From Sphingobacteriales bacterium (lineage in GTDB: Bacteria > Bacteroidota > Bacteroidia > AKYH767-A > OLB10), in the NCBI GenBank assembly GCA_021299095.1, contig JAJTFW010000014.1, positions 9,101-73,100 on the forward strand: DNA of 64,000 bases. The letters are read 5' to 3'. Below are positions 37,525 through 47,365 of the stretch, one piece after another (position 1 is the first letter of the stretch; every line of letters starts with the position of its first letter). A program made the position numbers and the translations under genes. The notes beneath the pieces were generated by a model that saw only the letters and a list, made by a program, of their open reading frames with translations, made no database searches and was not told the origin of the DNA.

Positions 37525-38628
37525 TTGGGGCTTCAAGGAGAAGAGTTGAGCCGAACCGGCGAATTTTTGCTGGCAGTGCAAATGGCCGGAATGATGGTCG
37601 GTGGTATTATTTCAGGTGTCTTTGGAGATAAACGCGGACGGGTTTCGGTCCTTTTCGGCTCAATTTTACTGTACTCCCTGGCCAATATCTGCAATGCGTT
37701 TGTGTCCGACCCTGAAACCTATGCCTTAGTTCGCTTTTTGGCTGGAGTTGGACTGGCGGGTGAATTAGGAGCTGGCATTACGCTGGTTAGTGAAAGCATG
37801 ACCATTGAACGACGAGGTTATGGTACCATATTGGTGGCTACCCTTGGAGGGCTAGGTGCTGTTTGTGCCGGACTTTCCGGTGAGTTCATCCCCTGGCGAA
37901 CTGCGTTCTTTGTGGCTGGTATTGCGGGTCTTCTGCTGCTGTTTTTGCGGATGAAATCGCTCGAATCAGCGATGTTTCAGCGAGGCAAGTCTTTGGAAAA
38001 TACGCTCAATGGGTCTTTTCGTCTTCTCGTATCGAAGAAGGAAAGGATATTAAAATACCTGGCATGCATTGCCATGGGTGTTCCGATTTGGTACACCGTT
38101 GGTCTCTTGATCACCTTCACCCCGGAAATTGCGACTTTGAAGGGAATTGATGGGGTTGTACTCGGCACCTGTTTCATTTTGTTCCAGGTGGGTGTTACAG
38201 TGGGTGATCTGTCAAGTGGAGTCCTTAGTCAACTGTTCGAAACCCGTAAAAAAGTGATTTTGGCCTACATGGCTCTCGCAATTGCATCCACCATTTTCCA
38301 TTTCATGCTGATTGGACAGTCTGGAAACCTTTATCCAAGCTCTCTCCTGATGGGTTTGGGCTGTGGTTACCTATCTGTTTTTGTAACGACAACAGCCGAG
38401 CAGTTCGGGACGAACCTGCGCGTACTGGTCACTTCAACCGTCACCAATTTCATGCGGGGTGCCGTCACTGTGATGATTCCGCTCCGTTCCATGCTAAGCC
38501 ATTGGCTTGCTCTTGATCTGATTCAAAGCCTGATGTTGACGGGCATCCTTGTGTGGGGATTTGCCATAATTTCTACGTTGCTTTTGAAGGACACCTTCGG
38601 AAAAGACCTCGATTACCATGAAACGTGA
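37525..38628 (+). CDS. MFS transporter lacking TM1 (5'-truncated or frame-shifted)
   Basis: Eleven hydrophobic segments and the GDKRGR loop after the first one (the TM2-TM3 MFS motif). The only start in frame is TTG 37525. The in-frame upstream codons still read GPFDLFLFNIYRIPSLKE (TM1 tail) but are closed by TAG at 37465. Confidence 0.7.
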   Translation: MGLQGEELSRTGEFLLAVQMAGMMVGGIISGVFGDKRGRVSVLFGSILLYSLANICNAFVSDPETYALVRFLAGVGLAGELGAGITLVSESMTIERRGYGTILVATLGGLGAVCAGLSGEFIPWRTAFFVAGIAGLLLLFLRMKSLESAMFQRGKSLENTLNGSFRLLVSKKERILKYLACIAMGVPIWYTVGLLITFTPEIATLKGIDGVVLGTCFILFQVGVTVGDLSSGVLSQLFETRKKVILAYMALAIASTIFHFMLIGQSGNLYPSSLLMGLGCGYLSVFVTTTAEQFGTNLRVLVTSTVTNFMRGAVTVMIPLRSMLSHWLALDLIQSLMLTGILVWGFAIISTLLLKDTFGKDLDYHET

Positions 38629-39952
38629 AATACCGCTTCCGAGTGCCTGGTGCTCGCGCATGGAAAATTCGCTTGGGGCTGAGGCCAAAGCCTTTTTTGA
38701 AACGCAGGCTTCTACTTCACCAGTTTCGATCCGATTGAATCCGAACAAGTCGGCTTCCCTAAGCTTTGATGCGATGTTGCCAATCGCATGGTCGCCCCAT
38801 GGCCGGTATTTGCCCGAGCGTCCAATCTTCACACTCGACCCCTTGTTTCATGCCGGAGCCTACTACGTTCAGGAAGCTGGCAGTATGCTAATCGATGAAC
38901 TTATTCGTTCAATTCCCTTAGGTGACAAACCGTTATGCGTACTTGATTTATGTGCGGCACCAGGAGGCAAATCACTCGGTTTGCTGGATTCTATTGCCAG
39001 TAATGGGATTTTGGTCGCAAACGAACCTGTTTCATCACGCAATGATGCACTCCGTCACAACCTTGAACGGTGGGGACGATCAAATGTGATTGTAACGCAG
39101 TCTGAGGCCCGACATTTTGCCAAAGAACAACGATTTGATGTAATTCTAATCGATGCTCCTTGTAGTGGAGAGGGATTATTTAGGAAGGATCATGCAGCTA
39201 GAAGCGAGTGGACACCAGAGAGGGCGCAGCAGTGTTCGCTTAGGCAACAACAAATCCTCTCGGATATTTTTCCAGCGCTCAAGCCGGGTGGGTACCTCAT
39301 CTATTCAACTTGCACGTACAATCCCGCAGAAAACGATGAATGCCTGGATGAATTCATTGCGAAATACCCGGTTCAGCCCCTTGTTGTCAATGCCCCCATC
39401 AACGTAGAACAGACCCGTTATGGCTGGCAGGCATTTCCCCACCGGATTAACGGAGAGGGTTTTTATTGCGCATTACTTCAAAAAGAGGGCGATTGGCACG
39501 AGAATGACCTTGATTTCGGACGATCCATAAAAGCACTTCATCGGCATGGGACAATGTTTGTTGGCGAATCTCCAAACATGAACTACAGGGAGGAAAAAAT
39601 TGGAACTGTGATGTTTCCGGCAATGATGAATAACCTGCTGGATTCACTTGCAGGCCAAGTTCATATCCGGCAATATGGTACTCCGCTTGGTCTAATCAAG
39701 GGTGATTCGGCTATTCCATCAGCCGAATTGGCATTATCAGACGTATTGTCATCAAACATCAATATAACTCAGCTAACAAAGACGCAATCATTGCATTTTT
39801 TATCGGGCGATACGCGTTTTACAACAGGAACGGCCTCCGGTTGGCACCTTATAACTCAGGGCGGACTTGGACTTGGCTGGGCTAAATGGGTTGGCAGTCG
39901 ATGGAACAACCATTATCCCATGCCTTGGCGCATCCGGATGAGTTTAAGTTGA
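38618..39952 (+). CDS. RsmB/RsmF-family rRNA cytosine-C5 methyltransferase
   Basis: DLCAAPGGKS (SAM motif I), DAPCSGEG (motif IV), YSTCT (motif VI). Confidence 0.85.
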   Translation: MKREIPLPSAWCSRMENSLGAEAKAFFETQASTSPVSIRLNPNKSASLSFDAMLPIAWSPHGRYLPERPIFTLDPLFHAGAYYVQEAGSMLIDELIRSIPLGDKPLCVLDLCAAPGGKSLGLLDSIASNGILVANEPVSSRNDALRHNLERWGRSNVIVTQSEARHFAKEQRFDVILIDAPCSGEGLFRKDHAARSEWTPERAQQCSLRQQQILSDIFPALKPGGYLIYSTCTYNPAENDECLDEFIAKYPVQPLVVNAPINVEQTRYGWQAFPHRINGEGFYCALLQKEGDWHENDLDFGRSIKALHRHGTMFVGESPNMNYREEKIGTVMFPAMMNNLLDSLAGQVHIRQYGTPLGLIKGDSAIPSAELALSDVLSSNINITQLTKTQSLHFLSGDTRFTTGTASGWHLITQGGLGLGWAKWVGSRWNNHYPMPWRIRMSLS

Positions 39953-39993
39953 CAAATTCATGCGTTTGAATTGCAAACGAAACATGGAATTTG
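39953..39993 (+). terminator. compound hairpin immediately after the methyltransferase stop
   Basis: Inner stem CGTTTG-AATTG-CAAACG, flanked by an imperfect outer stem CAAATTCATG / CATGGAATTTG. No U-tract. Confidence 0.3.
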
Positions 39994-40248
39994 CAGCAAG
40001 GTATTAGTGATTAAAACTCCTGTTGTGGTAAAAACAATTTTGAGTGCAAGCACTTAGGGCTTTTAATTAAACCTTGCCCTTCTTTTTAAATCATAACGGT
40101 TCCAAAAAGCTTAATCCGCACACTTGCCCAGGCCAGCGGCTGAATTGAGGCTACTGCTGGAATGAACGTATTCAACTTATAATTGTGAGACTAGTTGAAA
40201 AGTACTGATTCCCTTGACTTATGTCGTATACTTGTATCGTTAGACTAA

Positions 40249-41265
40249 ATGACTATTAAAAACCATTGGATTCTTACTAGCGTACTTTGTTTGTGTACTG
40301 GCATAGTGACCTACTCTGTGACCGATTGTTTTCAGCATAGGGAGAATTCTGATTTACAATCTAAATCCAGCAATTGCAACCCTCATATGAATCTCGTGAG
40401 GGACACCCGGTTCAAACTGATTGCACCACTCTTGCTGGCTGACATTGATTTACCCAATCAAAACTATGCAGCAATCCTTGAAAAGGGAAAGAATGTCATT
40501 GACTCAGCTAAAGCGGCGGGTCACCTAATTGAATCTTCATTCTATTTCAGAAACCTGAGTGATGGCTCATGGATTGGCATGAATGAAAACCTTGAATTTG
40601 ACCCCGGTAGCATTCTAAAGCTTTCCATATTAATCGGGTATTTAAGGTGGTCCGAAGCACAACCTGGTATTTTAAATAGTCTGGTCAAATTCGATAAGCC
40701 CATTCCGAATCTTCCTTTTCAGAACATTCAAGGTAAATCACTGCAAATTGGCAAAACCTACTCCGTTCGGGAATTGATTGAATACATGATTCTGGAATCT
40801 GACAATCAAGCGAACGCTATCCTGAACTGGCAGCTTCCACCCCAATATGCCCTGTCGGTTTTTTCCGATCTGGGGCTCAGATCGCCCGACAAGAATGCGG
40901 CTACATTCCCTATGTCAGCTTCGGAACTGAGCCGTTTCCTAAGGTCGCTCTACAATTCCGCCTATTTAAATGAACGGGATTCTGAGTGGGCTCTGGATTT
41001 ATTGACCAGGTCAAGGTTCGAATCCGGTATTCGATCAGGTGTTCCTCGTGAAGTCACGGTAGCGCATAAGTTTGGAGAACGAGGATACCAAGACTCCTCT
41101 GTAGTAGAGGTTCATGAGACTGCCATTGTTTACTTGAGTGGTAATCCCTATTTAATTACCATTATGACGAAGGGTGATAATCGTGAAAGCCAAATCGAGC
41201 TAATTCGGCGCATTTCATCCTATACGTTCAATCTCGTTTCCTCTGCAAATTCATCCTCAATTTGA
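40249..41265 (+). CDS. class-A-beta-lactamase-related serine hydrolase with N-terminal anchor
   Basis: SxxK (GSILK), SDN (ESDNQ), and HKFGE at the KTG position. N-terminal hydrophobic segment. Confidence 0.6.
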   Translation: MTIKNHWILTSVLCLCTGIVTYSVTDCFQHRENSDLQSKSSNCNPHMNLVRDTRFKLIAPLLLADIDLPNQNYAAILEKGKNVIDSAKAAGHLIESSFYFRNLSDGSWIGMNENLEFDPGSILKLSILIGYLRWSEAQPGILNSLVKFDKPIPNLPFQNIQGKSLQIGKTYSVRELIEYMILESDNQANAILNWQLPPQYALSVFSDLGLRSPDKNAATFPMSASELSRFLRSLYNSAYLNERDSEWALDLLTRSRFESGIRSGVPREVTVAHKFGERGYQDSSVVEVHETAIVYLSGNPYLITIMTKGDNRESQIELIRRISSYTFNLVSSANSSSI

Positions 41266-41363
41266 GGCTTTTATTCCACCTCATGTGGGATTTATTTACT
41301 TTCGGAGGATAAACCTACTTATCCGGCGTTTTTAATACGTTACGGACACAAATCAACGCTCTC

Positions 41364-41879
41364 ATGATAATCCAAGCCAACGCGGTCGTATCTGTCCGCT
41401 ACATCCTTCACAGCAGCCAAGGAATGGACCAAGACCGAACTCTGGTTGAAGAATCCAATGAAGAGAATCCACTCACTTTTTTGGTCGGTTCAGGCCAGCT
41501 GATACCGGGTTTTGAACGAAACATGCTAGGATTGACTATCGGCGACTCATTCAGTTTCAGTCTTGCCTGTGATGAAGCGTATGGAAATCTTGATCAAGAA
41601 GCACTTGTTCGCGTACCTGATGAGATGTTTAAGCAAGATGGCATACTAGACCTGGAAATCCTACGAATAGGAAACATGGTTCCATTGCTCGATCGGGATG
41701 GCAATCAATTGGTGGCTCGAGTAGCCGGAATTGATGGTACGGAAGTGTTGCTCGACTTTAATCATCCCCTGGCAGGTCACGACTTGCACTTCAGCGGGTC
41801 AATCTTGTCTGTTCGAAACGCGACAGAAGAAGAGATTGAGCACGGACATTCACATGGTCCGGGTGGACATTCACACTAA
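41364..41879 (+). CDS. slyD: FKBP-type peptidyl-prolyl isomerase SlyD
   Basis: FKBP core (V.V.Y.L......E......PL.FLVGSGQLIPGFE..L.GL..GD), IF-domain insert, His-rich tail HGHSHGPGGHSH. Confidence 0.85.
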   Translation: MIIQANAVVSVRYILHSSQGMDQDRTLVEESNEENPLTFLVGSGQLIPGFERNMLGLTIGDSFSFSLACDEAYGNLDQEALVRVPDEMFKQDGILDLEILRIGNMVPLLDRDGNQLVARVAGIDGTEVLLDFNHPLAGHDLHFSGSILSVRNATEEEIEHGHSHGPGGHSH

Positions 41880-41880
41880 A

Positions 41881-41914
41881 AAAAGAAAGGGGGCGATTGC
41901 CCCCTTTCTTTTTT
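41881..41914. terminator. bidirectional rho-independent terminator
   Basis: Perfect 10-bp GC-rich stem GAAAGGGGGC-GATT-GCCCCCTTTC, flanked by an A-run (left) and a T-run (right), between convergent genes. Confidence 0.85.
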
Positions 41915-41924
41915 AGAACCATTT

Positions 41925-43340
41925 TTAAAGCATGGTTGATGGACAGACATAATCTGTTACATCGAATTTTCCGGTGTCTTTAATCGACTTAAAACCTCCT
42001 CTTACATCTATTAGATTGTCGTAACCGCGGGCACGTAAAATAGACGCAAACACCATTGAACGATAGCCTCCTGCGCAATGCACATAGACCGGCTTATCTT
42101 TCGGAATTCGCACCATAGAGTCGTTAACAGTATCCAAAGGCGTATTAACAGCGATTCGAATGTGCTCTGCATAGTATTCGCTTTGCTTGCGTACATCAGC
42201 AACATAGGAATCCGGTTCCGATTGAACGATCGTAGCAAGCTCATCGGCAGAAATGGAGCGGATTTGATCTGTCTCTCTTCCTGATGCCTTCCAGTTCTCA
42301 TAACCCCCTTCCAGGTAGCCCAGACAAAAGTCATACCCTACCCGTGCCAGTCTTGTCACCACTTCCGTCTCTCTACCTTGGGCAGCAACAACCAGGATTT
42401 GTTGTTTTACATCGGGAATCATTGCACCAACCCAGGGGGCGAAACTCCCATCAATACCGATGTTTATGCTATTGGGTACGAAGCCATTCGCAAAGGTTTG
42501 GGGATCGCGGGTATCCAATATCAAAGCACCTGTCTCATTCGCAGCAATTTCAAAAGCTTCGGGATTCAAGGGGCGGGTTCCTCGGCCAACAACTTCCGTG
42601 ATGCTGTCATATCCTTGCTTGTTCATCATCACGTTTTGAGGAAAATATGCTGGTGGAGGCATCAATCCATCGGTAACCTCACGGATGAATTCTTCCTTGG
42701 TCATGTTCGCTCTCAAGGCATAATTCACCTCTTTCTGATGCTTGAGGGTGTCAAAGGTTTCCTTACTCATGTTCTTGCCACAGGCTGAACCGGCGCCATG
42801 AGCTGGATATACTATGACATCCTCCGGCAAGGTCAAAATTTTAGTTCGCAACGAATCAAAGAGGAAACCAGCAAGATCATCTTGTGTGACGCTAGCTTTC
42901 TGAGCTAGGTCAGGCCTGCCCACATCTCCGATAAACAAGGTGTCGCCAGTAAAAACAGCATGCTCTTTTCTCTCGTCATCAAGAAGCAGGTAGCAAGTCG
43001 ATTCCATGGTATGGCCCGGCGTATGCAAAACACGGAAACGGATGTTGCCGACATGAAGCTCCTCACCGTCTTTTGCGATATGTGCATCAAAGTCGGGAGT
43101 CGCCATCGGACCATAAATGATTTTAGCGCCCGTCGCAGCCGCAAGATCAACATGGCCAGAAACAAAATCAGCGTGAAAATGGGTTTCCAGTACATATTTG
43201 ATCTTTACTCCATCCTTCTGTGCCCGATCCAGGTAAGGCTGGATTTCGCGCAAGGGATCTATCACTACGGCTTCATTTTCTGAAGTAATGTAATAAGCGC
43301 CCTGGGCTAGACATCCTGTGTAGATTTGTTCGATTTTCAT
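41925..43340 (-). CDS. MBL-fold persulfide-dioxygenase-like domain fused to two rhodanese domains
   Basis: HFHADFVSGH (HxHxDH), GHT, a second metal His, a C-terminal rhodanese with active-site loop CAGGYRS, 471 aa. Confidence 0.8.
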   Translation of the reverse strand: MKIEQIYTGCLAQGAYYITSENEAVVIDPLREIQPYLDRAQKDGVKIKYVLETHFHADFVSGHVDLAAATGAKIIYGPMATPDFDAHIAKDGEELHVGNIRFRVLHTPGHTMESTCYLLLDDERKEHAVFTGDTLFIGDVGRPDLAQKASVTQDDLAGFLFDSLRTKILTLPEDVIVYPAHGAGSACGKNMSKETFDTLKHQKEVNYALRANMTKEEFIREVTDGLMPPPAYFPQNVMMNKQGYDSITEVVGRGTRPLNPEAFEIAANETGALILDTRDPQTFANGFVPNSINIGIDGSFAPWVGAMIPDVKQQILVVAAQGRETEVVTRLARVGYDFCLGYLEGGYENWKASGRETDQIRSISADELATIVQSEPDSYVADVRKQSEYYAEHIRIAVNTPLDTVNDSMVRIPKDKPVYVHCAGGYRSMVFASILRARGYDNLIDVRGGFKSIKDTGKFDVTDYVCPSTML

Positions 43341-43381
43341 GCGATGATTGTTGTGTTTTATATTAAGAGTAAAAATTTACA

Positions 43382-44212
43382 TCAGGCAAGTGATGCTGAA
43401 AGTTCTTTAACCAGGATATAGAAACCGGTAATGAGCACGAACCAGCCGAAGCCCTTTTTGAGTCTCGCACCTTCAATCTTTTTCCCCACCATTCCTCCAG
43501 CAAAAATCCCTAGAATGGCTATGCCAGTAATCGGCAAAAGGAGATTCCAGTCGAGTGGATATTTACCCAAATCGCCTGAAAAACCAATCAACGATTTTGC
43601 AGCAATGATGAGCAATGAGGTGCCAATCGCTTTTTTCATTGGCAAGCCCGACAGGACAACCAGTGCGGGTATGATCAGGAAACCACCACCTGCGCCTACA
43701 AGACCAGTCAATACGCCCACCACAGCGCCTTCAGCCAATACGAGTGCGTATGAACGCTTAGGGGATGAGATTGGAGGTGTTGTAATCGCCACCCGGGGTT
43801 CACGAATCATACTGATCGAAGCCGCCAACATGAGCAAGGCAAAAAGAACAAGCAGAAACATTGACTTGGAAAGATCCCATGTACCGAAGGAGATAAGCAC
43901 ATCAGGTATCGCGGGCAAAAGGAATGCGCGAGTCAAATAAACCGAAACAATAGATGGCAACCCGAACAATACCGCCGTCGATAGATCAACTTCTCCAGCC
44001 TTGAATTTCGGGACGCTACCAATCAGACTGGTGACACCAACAATAAAAAGAGAATAAGATGTTGAGATCAGCGGATCCTGACCGAAGAGATACACCAACA
44101 CAGGAACGGTCAGAATACTGCCACCGCCACCGATCAACCCCAGGGAGAGTCCGATGACTGCAGATGCCAAGAATCCGATTGTTTCCATAAATACCTTCTG
44201 AAATGATGTCAC
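43382..44212 (-). CDS. TauE/SafE-family anion permease (second copy)
   Basis: 276 aa, polytopic, LGLIGGGGSILTVP and TGLVGAGGGFLIIPAL repeats. Confidence 0.8.
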   Translation of the reverse strand: MTSFQKVFMETIGFLASAVIGLSLGLIGGGGSILTVPVLVYLFGQDPLISTSYSLFIVGVTSLIGSVPKFKAGEVDLSTAVLFGLPSIVSVYLTRAFLLPAIPDVLISFGTWDLSKSMFLLVLFALLMLAASISMIREPRVAITTPPISSPKRSYALVLAEGAVVGVLTGLVGAGGGFLIIPALVVLSGLPMKKAIGTSLLIIAAKSLIGFSGDLGKYPLDWNLLLPITGIAILGIFAGGMVGKKIEGARLKKGFGWFVLITGFYILVKELSASLA

Positions 44213-44251
44213 AAAGGTGTGTCACGATTTCCTCAATCACGGTAACAAAAA

Positions 44252-44908
44252 TCACATGCCCGTAAATTCAAGGTCAATTTGATTGCGGTGCAGGGTGACC
44301 AGTCCACGTTGCTCCATGTTTTTGAGTAAGCGGGAAACAACCACCCTAGAAGTCCCGAGGTCTTTGGCAATTTCTTCGTGGGTTATTTTTAACGTTCTGG
44401 TTTTAAACGACTTGGATTGATTATTTAAATAAAACTCAAGTCGCTCATCCAGGCCTTTGAAGACCGTATTGTCTATCAGATTAAGCAATTCATCAAACCT
44501 GGACCTGTAGGTTTCTACAACGAACCGATACCAGGACTGATAACCGCTCATTAGCCCTTCCATTAAACTGAGCGGTATCAAGATGAGTTCCGAATCTTCT
44601 GCTGCAACAGCCATGATCTCGCTCTGCTCCTGCTTGCTGGCACATATCATGGAAAACGCGCAAGCTTTTCCGGGTTCGATGTAATACATGAAGAACTCGG
44701 CACCATCGCCACTTTCCTTGTAAACCTTAATTCTTCCTCGGGTCAGCAGCATGGTAGATCGAATGAATTGACCAGTTTTCATCAGAACTTCTCCTGCTTT
44801 GACTTCCCGAACAAGGGCATGGTGGGCAATTTCATTTCTTAAATCAGGCTCAAGCTCAGGGTAATGCGAGCGGAGTTGATCCTGGACATACGATTCTTGA
44901 TTGTTCAT
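44252..44908 (-). CDS. Crp/Fnr-family transcriptional regulator
   Basis: cNMP-binding beta-roll followed by HTH (THEEIAKDLGTSRVVVSRLLK). ATG 44908 is preferred over TTG 44929. Confidence 0.85.
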   Translation of the reverse strand: MNNQESYVQDQLRSHYPELEPDLRNEIAHHALVREVKAGEVLMKTGQFIRSTMLLTRGRIKVYKESGDGAEFFMYYIEPGKACAFSMICASKQEQSEIMAVAAEDSELILIPLSLMEGLMSGYQSWYRFVVETYRSRFDELLNLIDNTVFKGLDERLEFYLNNQSKSFKTRTLKITHEEIAKDLGTSRVVVSRLLKNMEQRGLVTLHRNQIDLEFTGM

Positions 44909-45062
44909 GCGTTGGTTACTACGGGTCAAAATTGAGGAAAAACAGAACAGAATTAGACCTGGTGGTTTTACACACAGTGCTGTTCAAAGGACTAAAGCAG
45001 GGCTACTGGACAAGCATGGTATAGCTGGGTACTTTTATGCGATTGAAGAGTTACTACAGAAG

Positions 45063-47333
45063 ATGGCAGGAAAAGGAAACCGCTTGAAGCAAGCACCCAT
45101 GGAACCGGAGAACCCGGCCGACAACCTTCAGGCACCCTTCGCGGAGGAGGAGAAGAGCGCACGTAAGTCAAAGTCGAAAAAAGCAAAAGCAACCAAGCAG
45201 GTGAACCTGCCTGTTTTAACCATGTTGCGTGACGAACGCAGCAGGAAAATAACAGGACTATTCCTCATGTTGATGTCAGTCATCTTGGTTATGGCTTTTA
45301 CATCGTATTTTTTTACCTGGCGCGCAGACCATAGTTTGGTAAGCGGATCCTGGTTTGATTTATTCAGATACTCAGATAAGCAGGTCGAAAACTGGTTGGG
45401 GAAGTTTGGTGCTATTGTTGCACATCAATTCATTCACACCTGGTTCGGCCTGGCTGCATTCGGTATAGCCTTTATCAGTTTTCTGGCTGGATTTAGAGTG
45501 CTGTTCCAGACAGACCTTTTGCCGTTTAAGACGTGTTTACGCCACACCTTTTTTGCCCTGTGTTACATACCGGCAACCCTTGGCTTTGTCGCGTCCGGTA
45601 ATCCGGACCTGCAATTACTTGGAGGTGGACTAGGCTTTCAACTCAACCTGTGGCTGACCCTATCCATTGGTACGCTTGGAACCGGCTTATTGCTGGGTTT
45701 TACCGGTCTGAGTTATGCAGTAGCCGTATTCAATCCCTCCTTCCGTATTCCCGAGAAGAAAACATCAACTCCAGTTCAGGAGGAAGATCCGGAATTGGAT
45801 TATGATTCAAGTTTGAGTTCAGGCAATAGAATGATCATACAGGACGAGCCTGTTTTGGAAGTCCCAGACGAATACACCCACAGAGATGAATTGGAGGTGT
45901 TACTTGCCCCCCCGATTTCCGAAACCGTTTTGGGTGATGAATTCGATTTACCTGCCGAAATCCCGGCACACCTCGAACTTGAATTACCAGCTGCCGATGA
46001 CCTAAAGCTTGAAATCGCCGATATAGCCCCACCAGACGAAAACAATCCCAATGGTGAACTTCAGGTTGCAAGTCCATCAGATACCGACCTGGTAGAGCAG
46101 CTTGGTGAATACGACCCCAAACTTGACCTCAGCCAGTATCAGCATCCTACCCTGGAGTTACTGGAGAATTACCAAAGCAGTCGGTCCCAAATGAGCCGTG
46201 AACAATTATTGGCGGAGTTGGAGGAAAACAAGAATAGGATCATTGAAACGCTTGGTCATTACCAAATTGAAATCGACAAGATCAAGGCCACCGTCGGGCC
46301 AACGGTCACCTTATTTGAAATTGTCCCCAAGGCAGGTATTCGCATATCCAAAATCAAAAACCTGGAGGACGATATCGCACTCAGTCTTGCAGCCTTGGGT
46401 ATTCGAATCATCGCACCGATTCCCGGTAAAGGGACAATTGGAATCGAAGTTCCGAACCAGCAGGCCGACATCGTGAGTATGCGCTCAGTCATCGGATCGG
46501 AGAAATTCCAAAATACCGATTTTGAATTGCCCATCGGACTTGGCAAAACCATATCCAACGAAATCTTTGTGACTGACCTAGCCAAGATGCCACACTTGCT
46601 GATGGCCGGAGCGACAGGTCAGGGTAAATCGGTTGGTCTGAACGCGATCCTTGTATCGCTGCTGTATAAAAAACATCCTGCTCAGGTCAAGTTCGTGTTG
46701 GTCGATCCGAAGAAAGTGGAACTGACCCTGTTCAAGACCATTGAGCGTCATTTCCTGGCGAAACTGCCCGGCGATGAAGAAGCGATCATTACGGATACCA
46801 AGAAGGTGGTGAATACGCTCAACTCGTTGTGCATTGAAATGGACAACCGCTATGAGTTGTTGAAAGACGCCCAAGTACGTAACATCCGCGAATACAACGC
46901 CAAGTTTGTGTCACGCAAACTGAACCCCAATAACGGACACCGTTTTCTACCCTATATCGTTCTGGTGGTAGACGAATTTGCCGATTTGATCATGACTGCC
47001 GGCAAGGAAGTTGAAACCCCGATTGCGCGTTTGGCACAGTTAGCGCGTGCCATCGGAATCCACCTGATCATCGCCACTCAACGACCGTCAGTTAATATCA
47101 TCACAGGTACCATTAAAGCCAATTTTCCTGCACGTCTTGCCTTCCGGGTGACTTCAAAAATCGATTCTCGTACCATCCTCGATACCGGTGGAGCAGACCA
47201 ACTCATCGGTCGGGGTGATATGTTGCTGTCAACCGGCTCAGACCTCGTCCGTGTACAATGTGCTTTTGTGGACACGCCGGAAGTTGAGGCAATAACAGAG
47301 TTCATTGGCAACCAACGTGCCTACCATACATAG
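45063..47333 (+). CDS. ftsK: DNA translocase FtsK (membrane, linker and motor domains; ends before the gamma domain)
   Basis: N-terminal TM segments, acidic/Pro linker, Walker A GATGQGKS, Walker B VLVVDEFADL, ATQRPS. ATG 45063 is preferred over TTG 44901. TAG at 47331. Confidence 0.9.
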   Translation: MAGKGNRLKQAPMEPENPADNLQAPFAEEEKSARKSKSKKAKATKQVNLPVLTMLRDERSRKITGLFLMLMSVILVMAFTSYFFTWRADHSLVSGSWFDLFRYSDKQVENWLGKFGAIVAHQFIHTWFGLAAFGIAFISFLAGFRVLFQTDLLPFKTCLRHTFFALCYIPATLGFVASGNPDLQLLGGGLGFQLNLWLTLSIGTLGTGLLLGFTGLSYAVAVFNPSFRIPEKKTSTPVQEEDPELDYDSSLSSGNRMIIQDEPVLEVPDEYTHRDELEVLLAPPISETVLGDEFDLPAEIPAHLELELPAADDLKLEIADIAPPDENNPNGELQVASPSDTDLVEQLGEYDPKLDLSQYQHPTLELLENYQSSRSQMSREQLLAELEENKNRIIETLGHYQIEIDKIKATVGPTVTLFEIVPKAGIRISKIKNLEDDIALSLAALGIRIIAPIPGKGTIGIEVPNQQADIVSMRSVIGSEKFQNTDFELPIGLGKTISNEIFVTDLAKMPHLLMAGATGQGKSVGLNAILVSLLYKKHPAQVKFVLVDPKKVELTLFKTIERHFLAKLPGDEEAIITDTKKVVNTLNSLCIEMDNRYELLKDAQVRNIREYNAKFVSRKLNPNNGHRFLPYIVLVVDEFADLIMTAGKEVETPIARLAQLARAIGIHLIIATQRPSVNIITGTIKANFPARLAFRVTSKIDSRTILDTGGADQLIGRGDMLLSTGSDLVRVQCAFVDTPEVEAITEFIGNQRAYHT

Positions 47334-47365
47334 GAGAGGGTGATTCGGCGGGTGGCGGCAACGAC

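Noticed and set aside
41015-41026. The 12-nt sequence GGTTCGAATCCG is identical to the T-arm of tRNA-Thr (18276-18287). I considered it as a possible attR of a tRNA-integrated island spanning 18.3-41 kb.
   Set aside because: The match lies inside the coding sequence (..RFESGIRS..) of an intact gene and covers only the generic T-loop consensus, not the tRNA 3' acceptor end. The intervening genes are core metabolism and show no recombinase or compositional break that I could see.
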